Shown here one piece after another: positions 47,014 to 55,312 of a stretch of 64,000 nucleotides of DNA. Every line of letters starts with the position of its first letter. Within the stretch, counting starts at the first letter, position 1. Origin of the DNA: Candidatus Thalassarchaeaceae archaeon (GTDB taxonomy: Archaea; Thermoplasmatota; Poseidoniia; Poseidoniales; Thalassarchaeaceae); NCBI GenBank assembly GCA_943841885.1, contig CALSZZ010000004.1:133894-197893 (forward strand), in the 5' to 3' direction. A program made the position numbers and the translations under genes. Below the pieces are notes generated by a model. That model ran no database searches. It was not told where the DNA came from and saw nothing but the letters and a program-made list of their open reading frames with translations.

Positions 47014-48719
47014 TATTCAAAACTAGATCCAGAAACTTCTGCAAGCCATTTCATAGCCGATTTATAGTCAATAACCGCTTCTAAATTATCATTAATTAAC
47101 AAATCCTCTGCTGCATCCCACAGCGCTTGCAATGCTGGCACCCAATCGCCCCCCTTGTCTCTGCTAGATTCATCAAATCTCCAAGCATCTGATTCAGTTC
47201 TCTCATGTACATTTAACCAGGCCCAACCCATCGCCATCTCAAGCCCCTTTCCCTTTCGAGCCTTTGAAACAGTAGAGGCAACACCATTTTCTATTGCCTT
47301 TCTTATTAAGAAATCTGCAAAACTCAAAGGAGACACAAGCGAGCCTTCTTTCCAAGGTAAACGATTTAATTGCTGTGAGATAGATATAGATTGTTTTAAT
47401 TCTCTCAAAAAAGCACCAAAGCCTTGTTTTCTTTGCGTTTGCGAATCTATTATATTTTGAGCCTCATCGTCGCTTATTTGATATAGCCTTTCCAAAATAA
47501 TATGACCATACTTGGGCCAAAGAGCAACTAAAACAGGATGACATGCAGAGTCTTCAAAACGTACAACTTCTTCTTCCAGATCTATTACTACACCATCAGA
47601 TCTCACATGAATGCCACATTCAAGAGAATCAATGACACAAGAAATAGCTTCTTTCTCATCTTCAGTTCCATTCATGTACTCCAACATTTTTATTAAATTT
47701 TCTGAATCATACCAGGAACTACCAACCACAAAACCATCTGTTATTGAATTTAATATACTAATTCTACATGCATTTGCTAATTTTTTATCATCATAAATCA
47801 TCAATAACCATTGTTGTATTACTTCCTCCACTTTTTCCAGGCCTTCAGCAGGTAATTCTTTATCATTCGGCCATCCTTCTGGTTTCCACACCCACTCTGA
47901 TTCTACAATAGAACTTATTTTTGGTGGCATCATTGACATAGCGACACTTTGGACAAAGGACTCCTTAGTTGATATTAGGGATTCTTTTGATATTCCAATG
48001 ATCACACCATTTCCAAATTCTAATCTTAGCCACCCACTATTTGTAAATAATTTATCATCAATTATTGATTCGCTCAAACCTTTTGACCACTTAGTTTTCT
48101 GACCTACTAATTCTATAGATGAATTATCCAAAACATATTCTATCCAATCGTCGGGAGGATTTGGTTCTTTACCTGTAAAAACAAAACCTTTGTCCCATGA
48201 AAAAAACCATTGTCCTGCCTTTGCATGGTCATCCCAAACTAGCATTCTTAATTTAGAATGATTAAAATTTTGAATTCCAGCCAGATGACTTTGTTTACCT
48301 CCACCTCTTCGAATATAACTTGCAGAACCAAATAAAGGATTTTTGAAAACCGATACAGTAGAAAAATCATCACCAGAAGCCGCCAATAAACTACCTGCCA
48401 AAGCTCTTGAAACTACATCTCCACTTTTTTTTGACATTCTTTTTGTTAACCATTTTTTATCATGTCTTTTTTTTGATACCATATCAATATCTTCTAATGT
48501 AAGTGCCATTAGATCTTTATTTCTACCAAAAAATGTTTTTTTTGTTACAGCACCGTTTATATCTGGTAAGAAAATTTCGGGGTCTTCTAATAATTCGGAC
48601 AAATTCTTTTCTAATCTTTTTTGAATGTCTTTTGATGCCTTTTTTATTCCCCTAACTCTAACCTTCTTCCTACGATTTTTATCGCCAGGAAAACTAACTT
48701 GAGCGGGTGGCTTTGCCAT
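47010..48719 (-). CDS. Large hypothetical protein (569 aa) with a polybasic N-terminus, downstream of dph5
   Basis: Long uninterrupted ORF, co-oriented with dph5 13 bp upstream. The N-terminus reads KNRRKKVRVRGIKKASK. No family was recognised. Confidence 0.45.
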   Translation of the reverse strand: MAKPPAQVSFPGDKNRRKKVRVRGIKKASKDIQKRLEKNLSELLEDPEIFLPDINGAVTKKTFFGRNKDLMALTLEDIDMVSKKRHDKKWLTKRMSKKSGDVVSRALAGSLLAASGDDFSTVSVFKNPLFGSASYIRRGGGKQSHLAGIQNFNHSKLRMLVWDDHAKAGQWFFSWDKGFVFTGKEPNPPDDWIEYVLDNSSIELVGQKTKWSKGLSESIIDDKLFTNSGWLRLEFGNGVIIGISKESLISTKESFVQSVAMSMMPPKISSIVESEWVWKPEGWPNDKELPAEGLEKVEEVIQQWLLMIYDDKKLANACRISILNSITDGFVVGSSWYDSENLIKMLEYMNGTEDEKEAISCVIDSLECGIHVRSDGVVIDLEEEVVRFEDSACHPVLVALWPKYGHIILERLYQISDDEAQNIIDSQTQRKQGFGAFLRELKQSISISQQLNRLPWKEGSLVSPLSFADFLIRKAIENGVASTVSKARKGKGLEMAMGWAWLNVHERTESDAWRFDESSRDKGGDWVPALQALWDAAEDLLINDNLEAVIDYKSAMKWLAEVSGSSFEY

Positions 48720-48731
48720 ACTAAACCTACC

Positions 48732-49556
48732 TCAACCCACCACACGTCTACGATTGAATGCTTCCTTTTCCATTTCTGAAAATTTAGCTGGTATAATCAT
48801 ACAATGTATGTTGCCTTTATTTAGAGAAGATAATTTAGACAACTCTCCTGAACTAACTCTTTGATCTTTTGTTCCGATATCACTTAGCAATATTCCTCTC
48901 CAATTTATTGGTTCAATTGACGTTTTCGGAATGACCTCTTCAAAGATTAGTTTATCATACATCCTTTGTAAAATATCTATTGCATCTTTTGGTTTCATTG
49001 GCTGAGGAGTTTCGATACCCATTCCAGTAGGGTCTAAATCAAACAATACAAGCGTATGTAAATCACTGATTTGATTTTTATAAATCATTTCAAGAGGCGA
49101 AGTAGGTAAATAATTTCCATATCTAAAAGGAATTGTGACTTGTCTGCCAAATTTATAAGACTGTAATCCAGACATTGAAACCGCTAAAGAAGTGGCAGAT
49201 AAACCAGGGATTACATTGAAATTTATTTCTTCATCATAGCAATGTAATTCTAAATCAATATGAGTTGTTGCCTGCATTGGATCTCCAACAACAAGAATAC
49301 ATATTGAATTATCTTTGGCCTCCTCAAGTATTTTTTGAGGATTTTCTATATCATTTCTCATGACTCTCTCCCATGGGCCAATAATTTCTTCTAATTTTTC
49401 TTCTTCCTCTTTAGGTAATTTAGAAGTATATCCTTCTAAATACCTCTTAGAACACAGTTTTGCAATATCTCTAGCTTCAAGTGTCATTTGTTGCAAGTTT
49501 CCTGGGCCAAGTCCTATCAGCCACAATCCAGAGGACACTTCGGCAACCGTCATTCT
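48732..49556 (-). CDS. dph5: Diphthine synthase (tetrapyrrole-methylase fold)
   Basis: LWLIGLGPGN...YLEGYTS...ILVVGDPMQATTHIDL...GLSATSLAVSMSGLQSYKFG matches the Dph5 signature (LYLIGLGL...YLEaYTS...LVVGDPf.ATTH.dL...GLQ.YkFG). The start was set at MTVAEV; the track ORF is longer. Confidence 0.8.
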   Translation of the reverse strand, partial: RMTVAEVSSGLWLIGLGPGNLQQMTLEARDIAKLCSKRYLEGYTSKLPKEEEEKLEEIIGPWERVMRNDIENPQKILEEAKDNSICILVVGDPMQATTHIDLELHCYDEEINFNVIPGLSATSLAVSMSGLQSYKFGRQVTIPFRYGNYLPTSPLEMIYKNQISDLHTLVLFDLDPTGMGIETPQPMKPKDAIDILQRMYDKLIFEEVIPKTSIEPINWRGILLSDIGTKDQRVSSGELSKLSSLNKGNIHCMIIPAKFSEMEKEAFNRRRVVG

Positions 49557-49581
49557 GAAGCGCGCTACGTCCTCCCCCGTG

Positions 49582-50754
49582 ATGAATATGATGCAACATC
49601 TCCAAGTACCCAATCGCGATGTTGAGTATGTATTCAGCATTTTAAAAAAAAATAATTTACTTGCAGAGGGTAAATTAATTTATCCAAGTATTGATAGAAA
49701 ATTCAGATTAATACCTTTGAGTGAAAATATACCAAATATACCAAAAGAATTATCTAAATATGAAGTAATTTATGCCAAATACAAAGTTGATAACAGAATA
49801 GATACGAATTGGTTAACACACTTATCACTTTTAATTAATATCGATGATTTTGAAAAATTTCAACAATTATGGCCCTCATCTCATGAATTTGTTGGAGATA
49901 TGATGATAATAAAATTAGATAAAACAATATTACAATTCTCTTCACAAATTGCAAAAGCAAAGTTGATGGCACATCAAAATTTAAGATTAATATTATCTGA
50001 TCAAGGAGTTATGGGAGAACTACGTATAAGGGAACTGATGCCGATAGCTGTTAGACATAAGAATACCATAATAACAGAAAATATACCTAATGAGCTCTGC
50101 AATACAAAGGTTACAGTGAAAGAGTCTGGTTTGGAAATCATATGCGACCCAAAAAAAGCTTATTTTTCTACAAAATTACAAACTGAAAGACAAGAAACAC
50201 TTTCCTTTGCCAAAGAATTAAGAGATATGCTTGGTCGAAAAATAAATGTTTGCGATCCATTTTGTGGAGTAGGGCCAGCAATTTCTTCATTATTAAATCA
50301 ACAAGATTTAGTAAATAATTTACTTTCTTCCGACTTAAATCCGGAAGCAGTCCAACTTCTGTTTGAAAATCTTACTAAGTGGGATAAAAAGCCATATCCA
50401 TCAGAAGCAGTAGATGTTGAATGGGTATATCCAAATCGTTTGGTAGGAACAGGGGATGTTGTAAAGTTGGTTACCAATACAGAATATTTAGGAAGATGGG
50501 ATATGATATTAATCAATTTGCCTCATCGAACATTAGAATTATTACCTCTCATTATTCCACTTTTGGATACTTCTTCTGCTTCACTAATCAGAGGAAGGAT
50601 AGTTGTAGAAGAAAAAGACATTGATACAACAAACAAAATTATCCAAGAAATATTGCCTAAATGCATTCATAATAAACCAAAACCAAAATTAACAATCAAA
50701 CGTGATTATAGTTCAAAACTTCGCCTTTGTTCTTTCGAAGCATGGCTGGAATAA
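49582..50754 (+). CDS. Trm5/TYW2-family tRNA methyltransferase (m1G37 or wyosine pathway)
   Basis: Contains VCDPFCGVGPAIS (the D.FAGvGpf SAM motif) and ILINLPH (the NLP motif). The start was set at MNMMQ (about 49582) to avoid antisense overlap with dph5. Confidence 0.65.
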   Translation: MNMMQHLQVPNRDVEYVFSILKKNNLLAEGKLIYPSIDRKFRLIPLSENIPNIPKELSKYEVIYAKYKVDNRIDTNWLTHLSLLINIDDFEKFQQLWPSSHEFVGDMMIIKLDKTILQFSSQIAKAKLMAHQNLRLILSDQGVMGELRIRELMPIAVRHKNTIITENIPNELCNTKVTVKESGLEIICDPKKAYFSTKLQTERQETLSFAKELRDMLGRKINVCDPFCGVGPAISSLLNQQDLVNNLLSSDLNPEAVQLLFENLTKWDKKPYPSEAVDVEWVYPNRLVGTGDVVKLVTNTEYLGRWDMILINLPHRTLELLPLIIPLLDTSSASLIRGRIVVEEKDIDTTNKIIQEILPKCIHNKPKPKLTIKRDYSSKLRLCSFEAWLE

Positions 50755-50765
50755 AATGACTTTAT

Positions 50766-50841
50766 TGGCGCCCCGACCGGGATTTGAACCCGGGTCGCAG
50801 CCTCGACAGGGCTGCATGATAGGCCACTACACCATCAGGGC
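50766..50841 (-). tRNA. tRNA-Asp (anticodon GTC), CCA encoded
   Basis: The reverse complement is GCCCTGATGGTGTAGTGGCCTATCATGCAGCCCTGTCGAGGCTGCGACCCGGGTTCAAATCCCGGTCGGGGCGCCA. The acceptor stem pairs 7/7, the T-arm is CCGGG/TTCAAAT/CCCGG, and the anticodon loop is C-T-GTC-G-A. Confidence 0.8.
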
Positions 50842-50922
50842 TTGGAGTACTCCGACTGTGATTCTCTTTTTCAACCTTTAACAAGGGCATCATTCATGAC
50901 CTGTCGACTTTTCGGTTGAATT

Positions 50923-51543
50923 ATGGCTGATGCGCATCTTGTTATTGACGTCATCGATAACGGAGGGCAATGGACTCACAGAGAATGGAGAATGTTACGA
51001 TATTTAGGCGTAGATACAAAAATTTTGTCAAATAAAACCCCTATTTCTGAATTTAGAGAAGTTGATGGATTAATACTTTCAGGAGGGGCGGCAAGAGTCG
51101 GCCTTACGGGGAGATTGGGAAACTGTGCAGAATATCTAAATCTAAATGTACCAATTCTTGGAATTTGTGCAGGACATCAATTTATGGCAGAGTTTTATGG
51201 AGGCAATTCTGCAGAAGCTTCAAAGCCAGAATTTGGAGAAGCAAAAATAACTTTAGTAGAAGATGGTGGAGAGTTATTTCAGGATACTTCACCTAATCAG
51301 ATGGTTTGGGAAAGTCATAATGACGAAGTCATTATGATTCCTCCAGGCTTTAAAATTACAGCTTTCAGTGAGTCTTGTCAAATTCAAGCCATGGAAAATG
51401 AAAATAGAACTAGATTTGGCCTACAATTCCATCCAGAAGTCGATCATTCAGAATATGGTCAGCAAATATTTTCAAATTTTGTTAAAGTCTGTTCTTTAGC
51501 AAAAAATAACTCTAGAGCCAACGGACAGATTGAAGAAGGGTAG
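50923..51543 (+). CDS. guaAA: GMP synthase [glutamine-hydrolysing] subunit A (standalone class I glutamine amidotransferase)
   Basis: About 190-aa GATase with the catalytic Cys in GICAGHQF and the H-E pair (HPE). It is the archaeal split GuaA. Confidence 0.85.
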   Translation: MADAHLVIDVIDNGGQWTHREWRMLRYLGVDTKILSNKTPISEFREVDGLILSGGAARVGLTGRLGNCAEYLNLNVPILGICAGHQFMAEFYGGNSAEASKPEFGEAKITLVEDGGELFQDTSPNQMVWESHNDEVIMIPPGFKITAFSESCQIQAMENENRTRFGLQFHPEVDHSEYGQQIFSNFVKVCSLAKNNSRANGQIEEG

Positions 51544-51685
51544 GCAAGTCGCCCAAACCATGGCTAAAGACACTGAACACATGATTCTATACAAGTGCAG
51601 AAGAACTTTACGCACTCAGAGAATGCCTTACAACCCGACAGGGGATGTTATTTCACCATTCGATGGGGTTTCTCCAATGGATCCT

Positions 51686-51832
51686 ATGGAAATGAGATAC
51701 AAATGCTTAAAATGTGGAAATCTAGCATGGGTAGAAGCAGGTTCTACCGGTAAATCTTGTCATAAATGTGGTTATCGTATCTTTGTTAAACCTAGAAAAC
51801 CAGGCCAACATAAGACTCTAAAAGCAGAGTGA
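51686..51832 (+). CDS. rpoP: DNA-directed RNA polymerase subunit P (Rpb12/RpoP zinc ribbon)
   Basis: MEMRYKCLKCGNLAWVEAGSTGKSCHKCGYRIFVKPRKP matches RpoP (Y.C..C......s.....rC..CGyrI..K.R). The track ORF starts at 51530 with a 52-codon in-frame extension overlapping guaAA; the short form is preferred. Confidence 0.5.
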   Translation: MEMRYKCLKCGNLAWVEAGSTGKSCHKCGYRIFVKPRKPGQHKTLKAE

Positions 51833-51920
51833 TTAGATTTTCAACTCAAGTATTTTTAGACGGCCTAATATTAATATCCTAAATATGTCACCGCGCCCTA
51901 TGCGAAACAACAGTTCAAAT

Positions 51921-52092
51921 ATGAAAACTGCTATTTTATTAGTTTTTTTGATGTTGGCCACACCATCCTGATGATCCATATAGAACAGAAGCAGAAGCAG
52001 ATGGCGGATTCTTACCTGGCTTTTCTTCAATCATGGGTATTATTTCTATGTTGGGTGCTGCTATAATATTAACAGGACGACGTAAGGAATGA
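51921..52092 (+). pseudogene. Frameshifted remnant: a signal-peptide ORF (MKTAILLVFLMLATPS, stop at 51969-71) followed in the +1 frame by a start-less ORF encoding a PGF-CTERM archaeosortase sorting domain
   Basis: Frame 51952..52092 reads CWPHHPDDPYRTEAEADGGFLPGFSSIMGIISMLGAAIILTGRRKE*, that is PGF, a TM helix and RRKE. It has no in-frame start codon. The upstream frame contains a classic signal peptide. Confidence 0.35.
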
Positions 52093-52167
52093 GTTGGCCA
52101 TTTTTTGGCCACTCATCCCCCCTGTCAATCAAAACTGATTGTTACGAATTACTCCTTTGATCTTGTA

Positions 52168-52252
52168 TGGTGCAGAGGACAGGATTTGAACCTGCGAAGC
52201 ACTACGCACTGGGACCTCATCCCAGCCCCTTTGACCGCTCGGGTACCTCTGC
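52168..52252 (-). tRNA. tRNA-Leu (anticodon GAG), long variable arm, CCA encoded
   Basis: The reverse complement is GCAGAGGTACCCGAGCGGTCAAAGGGGCTGGGATGAGGTCCCAGTGCGTAGTGCTTCGCAGGTTCAAATCCTGTCCTCTGCACCA. The acceptor stem pairs 7/7, the anticodon stem-loop is CTGGG/ATGAGGT/CCCAG and the discriminator is A73. Confidence 0.8.
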
Positions 52253-52303
52253 CTATCATCAACCGGGAACTCTAATGTATTTCAAGAATGATGAGTATTT
52301 TTA

Positions 52304-52780
52304 TTATTCTAAACATACCGTATCATTTGTATTAATTACACCTTCTATAATAACAGAAGCATACCATCTTGACCAGCCTGGATTATTTTTCTCAAGAATA
52401 CGAGTATAATTTCCTTCATTGAAGGATTTAATAATTGTTTTACATGGGGGAGCAGTATCTGTTAGTTGAATTAAAACCTCACCAATAGAAATCCTTGTTC
52501 CCGAGTTAAGTATATCCCAATCAATTCCCTTAATGGTAATATTTTCTCCTGTACTGCCGATATCAATCGGATGTCCTTCGGATTGTAATTGTTCAATTCT
52601 TTCTAGTGAAAATAAGCAAACAGCTCTCATAGGACCGCCATGATATTTCAAGTCATTTTGCTTATCACCATCTACTCCAGTATATTCAATTTTTATTTTA
52701 TCAACAGGATATTTAGGGACTCCTCCTGAAGGATTAACATTCAAAGAGTGCACATACCCCATAAAATGTTGAATGAGCAC
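52304..52780 (-). CDS. MOSC-domain protein (YiiM-like, MoCo sulfurase C-terminal domain family)
   Basis: YHGGPMRAVCLFSLERIEQL...GENITIKGIDW fits the MOSC beta-barrel signature. Confidence 0.7.
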   Translation of the reverse strand: MLIQHFMGYVHSLNVNPSGGVPKYPVDKIKIEYTGVDGDKQNDLKYHGGPMRAVCLFSLERIEQLQSEGHPIDIGSTGENITIKGIDWDILNSGTRISIGEVLIQLTDTAPPCKTIIKSFNEGNYTRILEKNNPGWSRWYASVIIEGVINTNDTVCLE

Positions 52781-52883
52781 ACAGACATAACAATATCCCT
52801 ATTTAGTAATATTTTCTATAGTTTTGATAACTTTTGGTCATTTGCGGCTGAATCATCATATCCTTTGACTTCTTGGATAGTAC

Positions 52884-54254
52884 ATGGCAGCATTCGGCGA
52901 TCACCCATCTATACCAATCAGTATTGAAAATTTATTAACCGATGAAACCGTTTCTACTGCATTCCTTAAAGCAGAGTGTTCTACAAGGGTAAAGTGTGGG
53001 CATATCTCTTCATTATTACTAAAACAATTAGAAGATGAAATATGGACTAAACCTAAATTGGAAACTCTTGCAGAAGAACTATCTTTGGTTATAGATCAAA
53101 ATGAAGATCGATCGGATTGTTTTATTGAAATAGAGCGTACAGGCTGTAAAATTATGCAAATAGGCGATTTAAGAATAACTTGTGCTTGGCCGCCATTTTC
53201 CGATGCATGGGAAATTACAATAGTTAGACCAGTTGCACATCTAATGATATCAGATTATAATCTTAATGAAGAATTAATGGGGAGACTGAAAGATCATCAC
53301 CGAGGGGTCTTCGTTGTAGGACGTCCTGGGTCTGGAAAGACTACTTTTGCACAGGCCATAGCCTCATATTTAGATTCAGAAGTAGGTGCAATGGTAAAAA
53401 CGATGGAAGCTCCAAGAGATCTTCAAGTTCCTCAAAGGGTTACTCAATATGCACCTTTAGAAGGAGATTTAGAAAAGACCGCAGAAGTAATATTTTTGGT
53501 AAGACCTGATTTTGTTATATTTGATGAGGTTCGTAGAGCAAGAGATTTCGAAATATTTGGAGATGTTAGACTAGCCGGAGTTGGATTATTAGGTGTAACC
53601 CACGCCAACAGTGCATTAGAAGCAATACAACGTTTAGTCGGAAAAGTTGAATTAGGTTTGATATCACAAGTCCTTGATACAGTAATACATATAGAAAAAG
53701 GAAAAGTACATCAAGTTCTTGAATTAAAAATGGTAGTTAGAGCACCAACAGGTATGGAATCAGATTTAAGTAGACCTGTAATTGAAATCAAGGAATTTCC
53801 ATCTGGAAAAATAACGCATGAGATGTTTGCCTTTGGATCAGAAATAGCCGTTGTACCAGTAAATATTGACGATGGTGAAGGAGGAAGTCCAGCAATGAAA
53901 TTTGCATCTGAACAATTAAAACGTGAGATTACAAGATTAACGGGCATTCCAATTCCTCATGCAAAGTTTGTAACTGATGCATCTGCGGAAATTTTCATCA
54001 ACGAATCAGCAATAGGATCAATGGTTGGAACCAGAGGAGAAAACATTCGACAATTAGAACAGGATTTAAATTTAAAATTAAAAGTCAATTCCATACAAGA
54101 TATCCCCCGGGCTCTTAGGAAAAGAATTGAACGAACTTCATCTTTTAATGAAGACATAGATCAATGGCGAAGCCAATCTGGTAGACAATGGGAACATAAT
54201 GGTGGGAAAACAAAGAAAGGTAGGAGAAAAGTAAGGAAAAATAGGAAAAAATAA
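52884..54254 (+). CDS. PilT/PhoH-like P-loop ATPase with a C-terminal KH domain and polybasic tail
   Basis: Contains Walker A VVGRPGSGKTT, Walker B IFDEVR and a KH-type SMVGTRGENIRQLEQDLNLKLKV. The C-terminus reads GGKTKKGRRKVRKNRKK. Confidence 0.55.
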   Translation: MAAFGDHPSIPISIENLLTDETVSTAFLKAECSTRVKCGHISSLLLKQLEDEIWTKPKLETLAEELSLVIDQNEDRSDCFIEIERTGCKIMQIGDLRITCAWPPFSDAWEITIVRPVAHLMISDYNLNEELMGRLKDHHRGVFVVGRPGSGKTTFAQAIASYLDSEVGAMVKTMEAPRDLQVPQRVTQYAPLEGDLEKTAEVIFLVRPDFVIFDEVRRARDFEIFGDVRLAGVGLLGVTHANSALEAIQRLVGKVELGLISQVLDTVIHIEKGKVHQVLELKMVVRAPTGMESDLSRPVIEIKEFPSGKITHEMFAFGSEIAVVPVNIDDGEGGSPAMKFASEQLKREITRLTGIPIPHAKFVTDASAEIFINESAIGSMVGTRGENIRQLEQDLNLKLKVNSIQDIPRALRKRIERTSSFNEDIDQWRSQSGRQWEHNGGKTKKGRRKVRKNRKK

Positions 54255-54272
54255 AACCCCTATCTTCGGTAT

Positions 54273-55223
54273 CTAAAAAATGCAATAAATAGCACTATTA
54301 GTATAAAAAAAAGCACCACTGAAATACATTATTTGATTTTCAGAAATATCATAATCATCGAGGACGCTAATGTTTCCACCGACTCCATTGATAATTCCAT
54401 TTTCCTTAGGATTAACAATAAATTCCAATGAATCTTCACTCTGACATGAGCCAGTAATCGTTGTTCTTTCATCCAGAACTATCAGACAACCTTCATATTT
54501 TTCATCTATATTTGAAGGAGTAGTCAATTCAAACTCACAATTTTCAAAACCACTACCTTCAGAAATCAAAATAGTACATTTTTCACTAACTAGATTAAAT
54601 CCAGATGCCCATGTGCTCTCCGAGTTTGCATTTTTGTCTACAAGATGTAACTCTACATCTAATTCTCTATCTAAATTACTTTCACAATTATAAGCTGCTG
54701 TAAATAAAGCATTTTCTCCTCCTTCTACATTTAATGAATTGATGCCATAATTAACATTACAAATAGTATATTCCATTATTTCGATTTCAATAGCCCATTC
54801 TTCAACTTCGGTTAGGAATCCCAACGGGATTCCTATTGCAGAGATTACTTCTGCAGTTATATTTAATTCATATATTTGTGGAATTAGTGAATTATCTACA
54901 TCAATGATTACTTGAAATGAAGCATCGCTATTCCCTTCTACCATAACATTCCCCGGTCCAGCAGTATCAATATATTCTGAAATATATTCTAAAGAAACTT
55001 CTTCAACATAAGGACGATCATTAGTAAGTATACATTCTATTATTTGATTACTGGAATCAACTTCATCAAAATGAATCACAATTGAACTTGTTGAGCATTC
55101 TAACTCAATACCAGGTAATATTTGTTGAGCTGTCGCCGAGGGAATAAATAGGGCTATCTGAATGTTCAGTAGAACAAGAATAACCACACCCACTCTCCAT
55201 TTCATATCATCTGAATTTCCCAT
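54273..55223 (-). CDS. Hypothetical secreted protein
   Basis: Has an N-terminal signal peptide (VVILVLLNIQIALFIPSATAQQ). Acidic, Cys-containing and Asn/Glu-rich. No family was recognised. Confidence 0.4.
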   Translation of the reverse strand: MGNSDDMKWRVGVVILVLLNIQIALFIPSATAQQILPGIELECSTSSIVIHFDEVDSSNQIIECILTNDRPYVEEVSLEYISEYIDTAGPGNVMVEGNSDASFQVIIDVDNSLIPQIYELNITAEVISAIGIPLGFLTEVEEWAIEIEIMEYTICNVNYGINSLNVEGGENALFTAAYNCESNLDRELDVELHLVDKNANSESTWASGFNLVSEKCTILISEGSGFENCEFELTTPSNIDEKYEGCLIVLDERTTITGSCQSEDSLEFIVNPKENGIINGVGGNISVLDDYDISENQIMYFSGAFFYTNSAIYCIF

Positions 55224-55312
55224 TAGGAAATAGATTTATCTATTTTTAAATTCCTTTAGTATCAATTTCTATCTCAAAGCATTCATGACGGCTTTGCTTT
55301 TGGACACCAATA

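Noticed and set aside
47155-48624. Plus-strand ORFs inside the 569-aa gene
   Set aside because: They are antisense to the long uninterrupted minus-strand ORF.
49360-49581. 5' extension of the Trm5-family ORF overlapping dph5 on the opposite strand
   Set aside because: The extension is Ser/Pro-rich, is antisense to conserved dph5 codons, and an internal Met (MNMMQ) gives a standard-length Trm5.
50298-50624. ORFs 50298..50516 (minus) and 50421..50624 (plus)
   Set aside because: They are embedded in or antisense to the Trm5-family gene.
51833-52030. 65-aa minus-strand ORF
   Set aside because: It overlaps the signal-peptide/PGF-CTERM remnant on the opposite strand. It is a Lys/Leu-rich low-complexity translation with no support.
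52167-52409. 80-aa plus-strand ORF
   Set aside because: It overlaps tRNA-Leu antisense and runs into the MOSC gene on the opposite strand.
53711-54157. Minus-strand ORFs inside the KH-ATPase gene
   Set aside because: They are antisense to the KH-ATPase gene.
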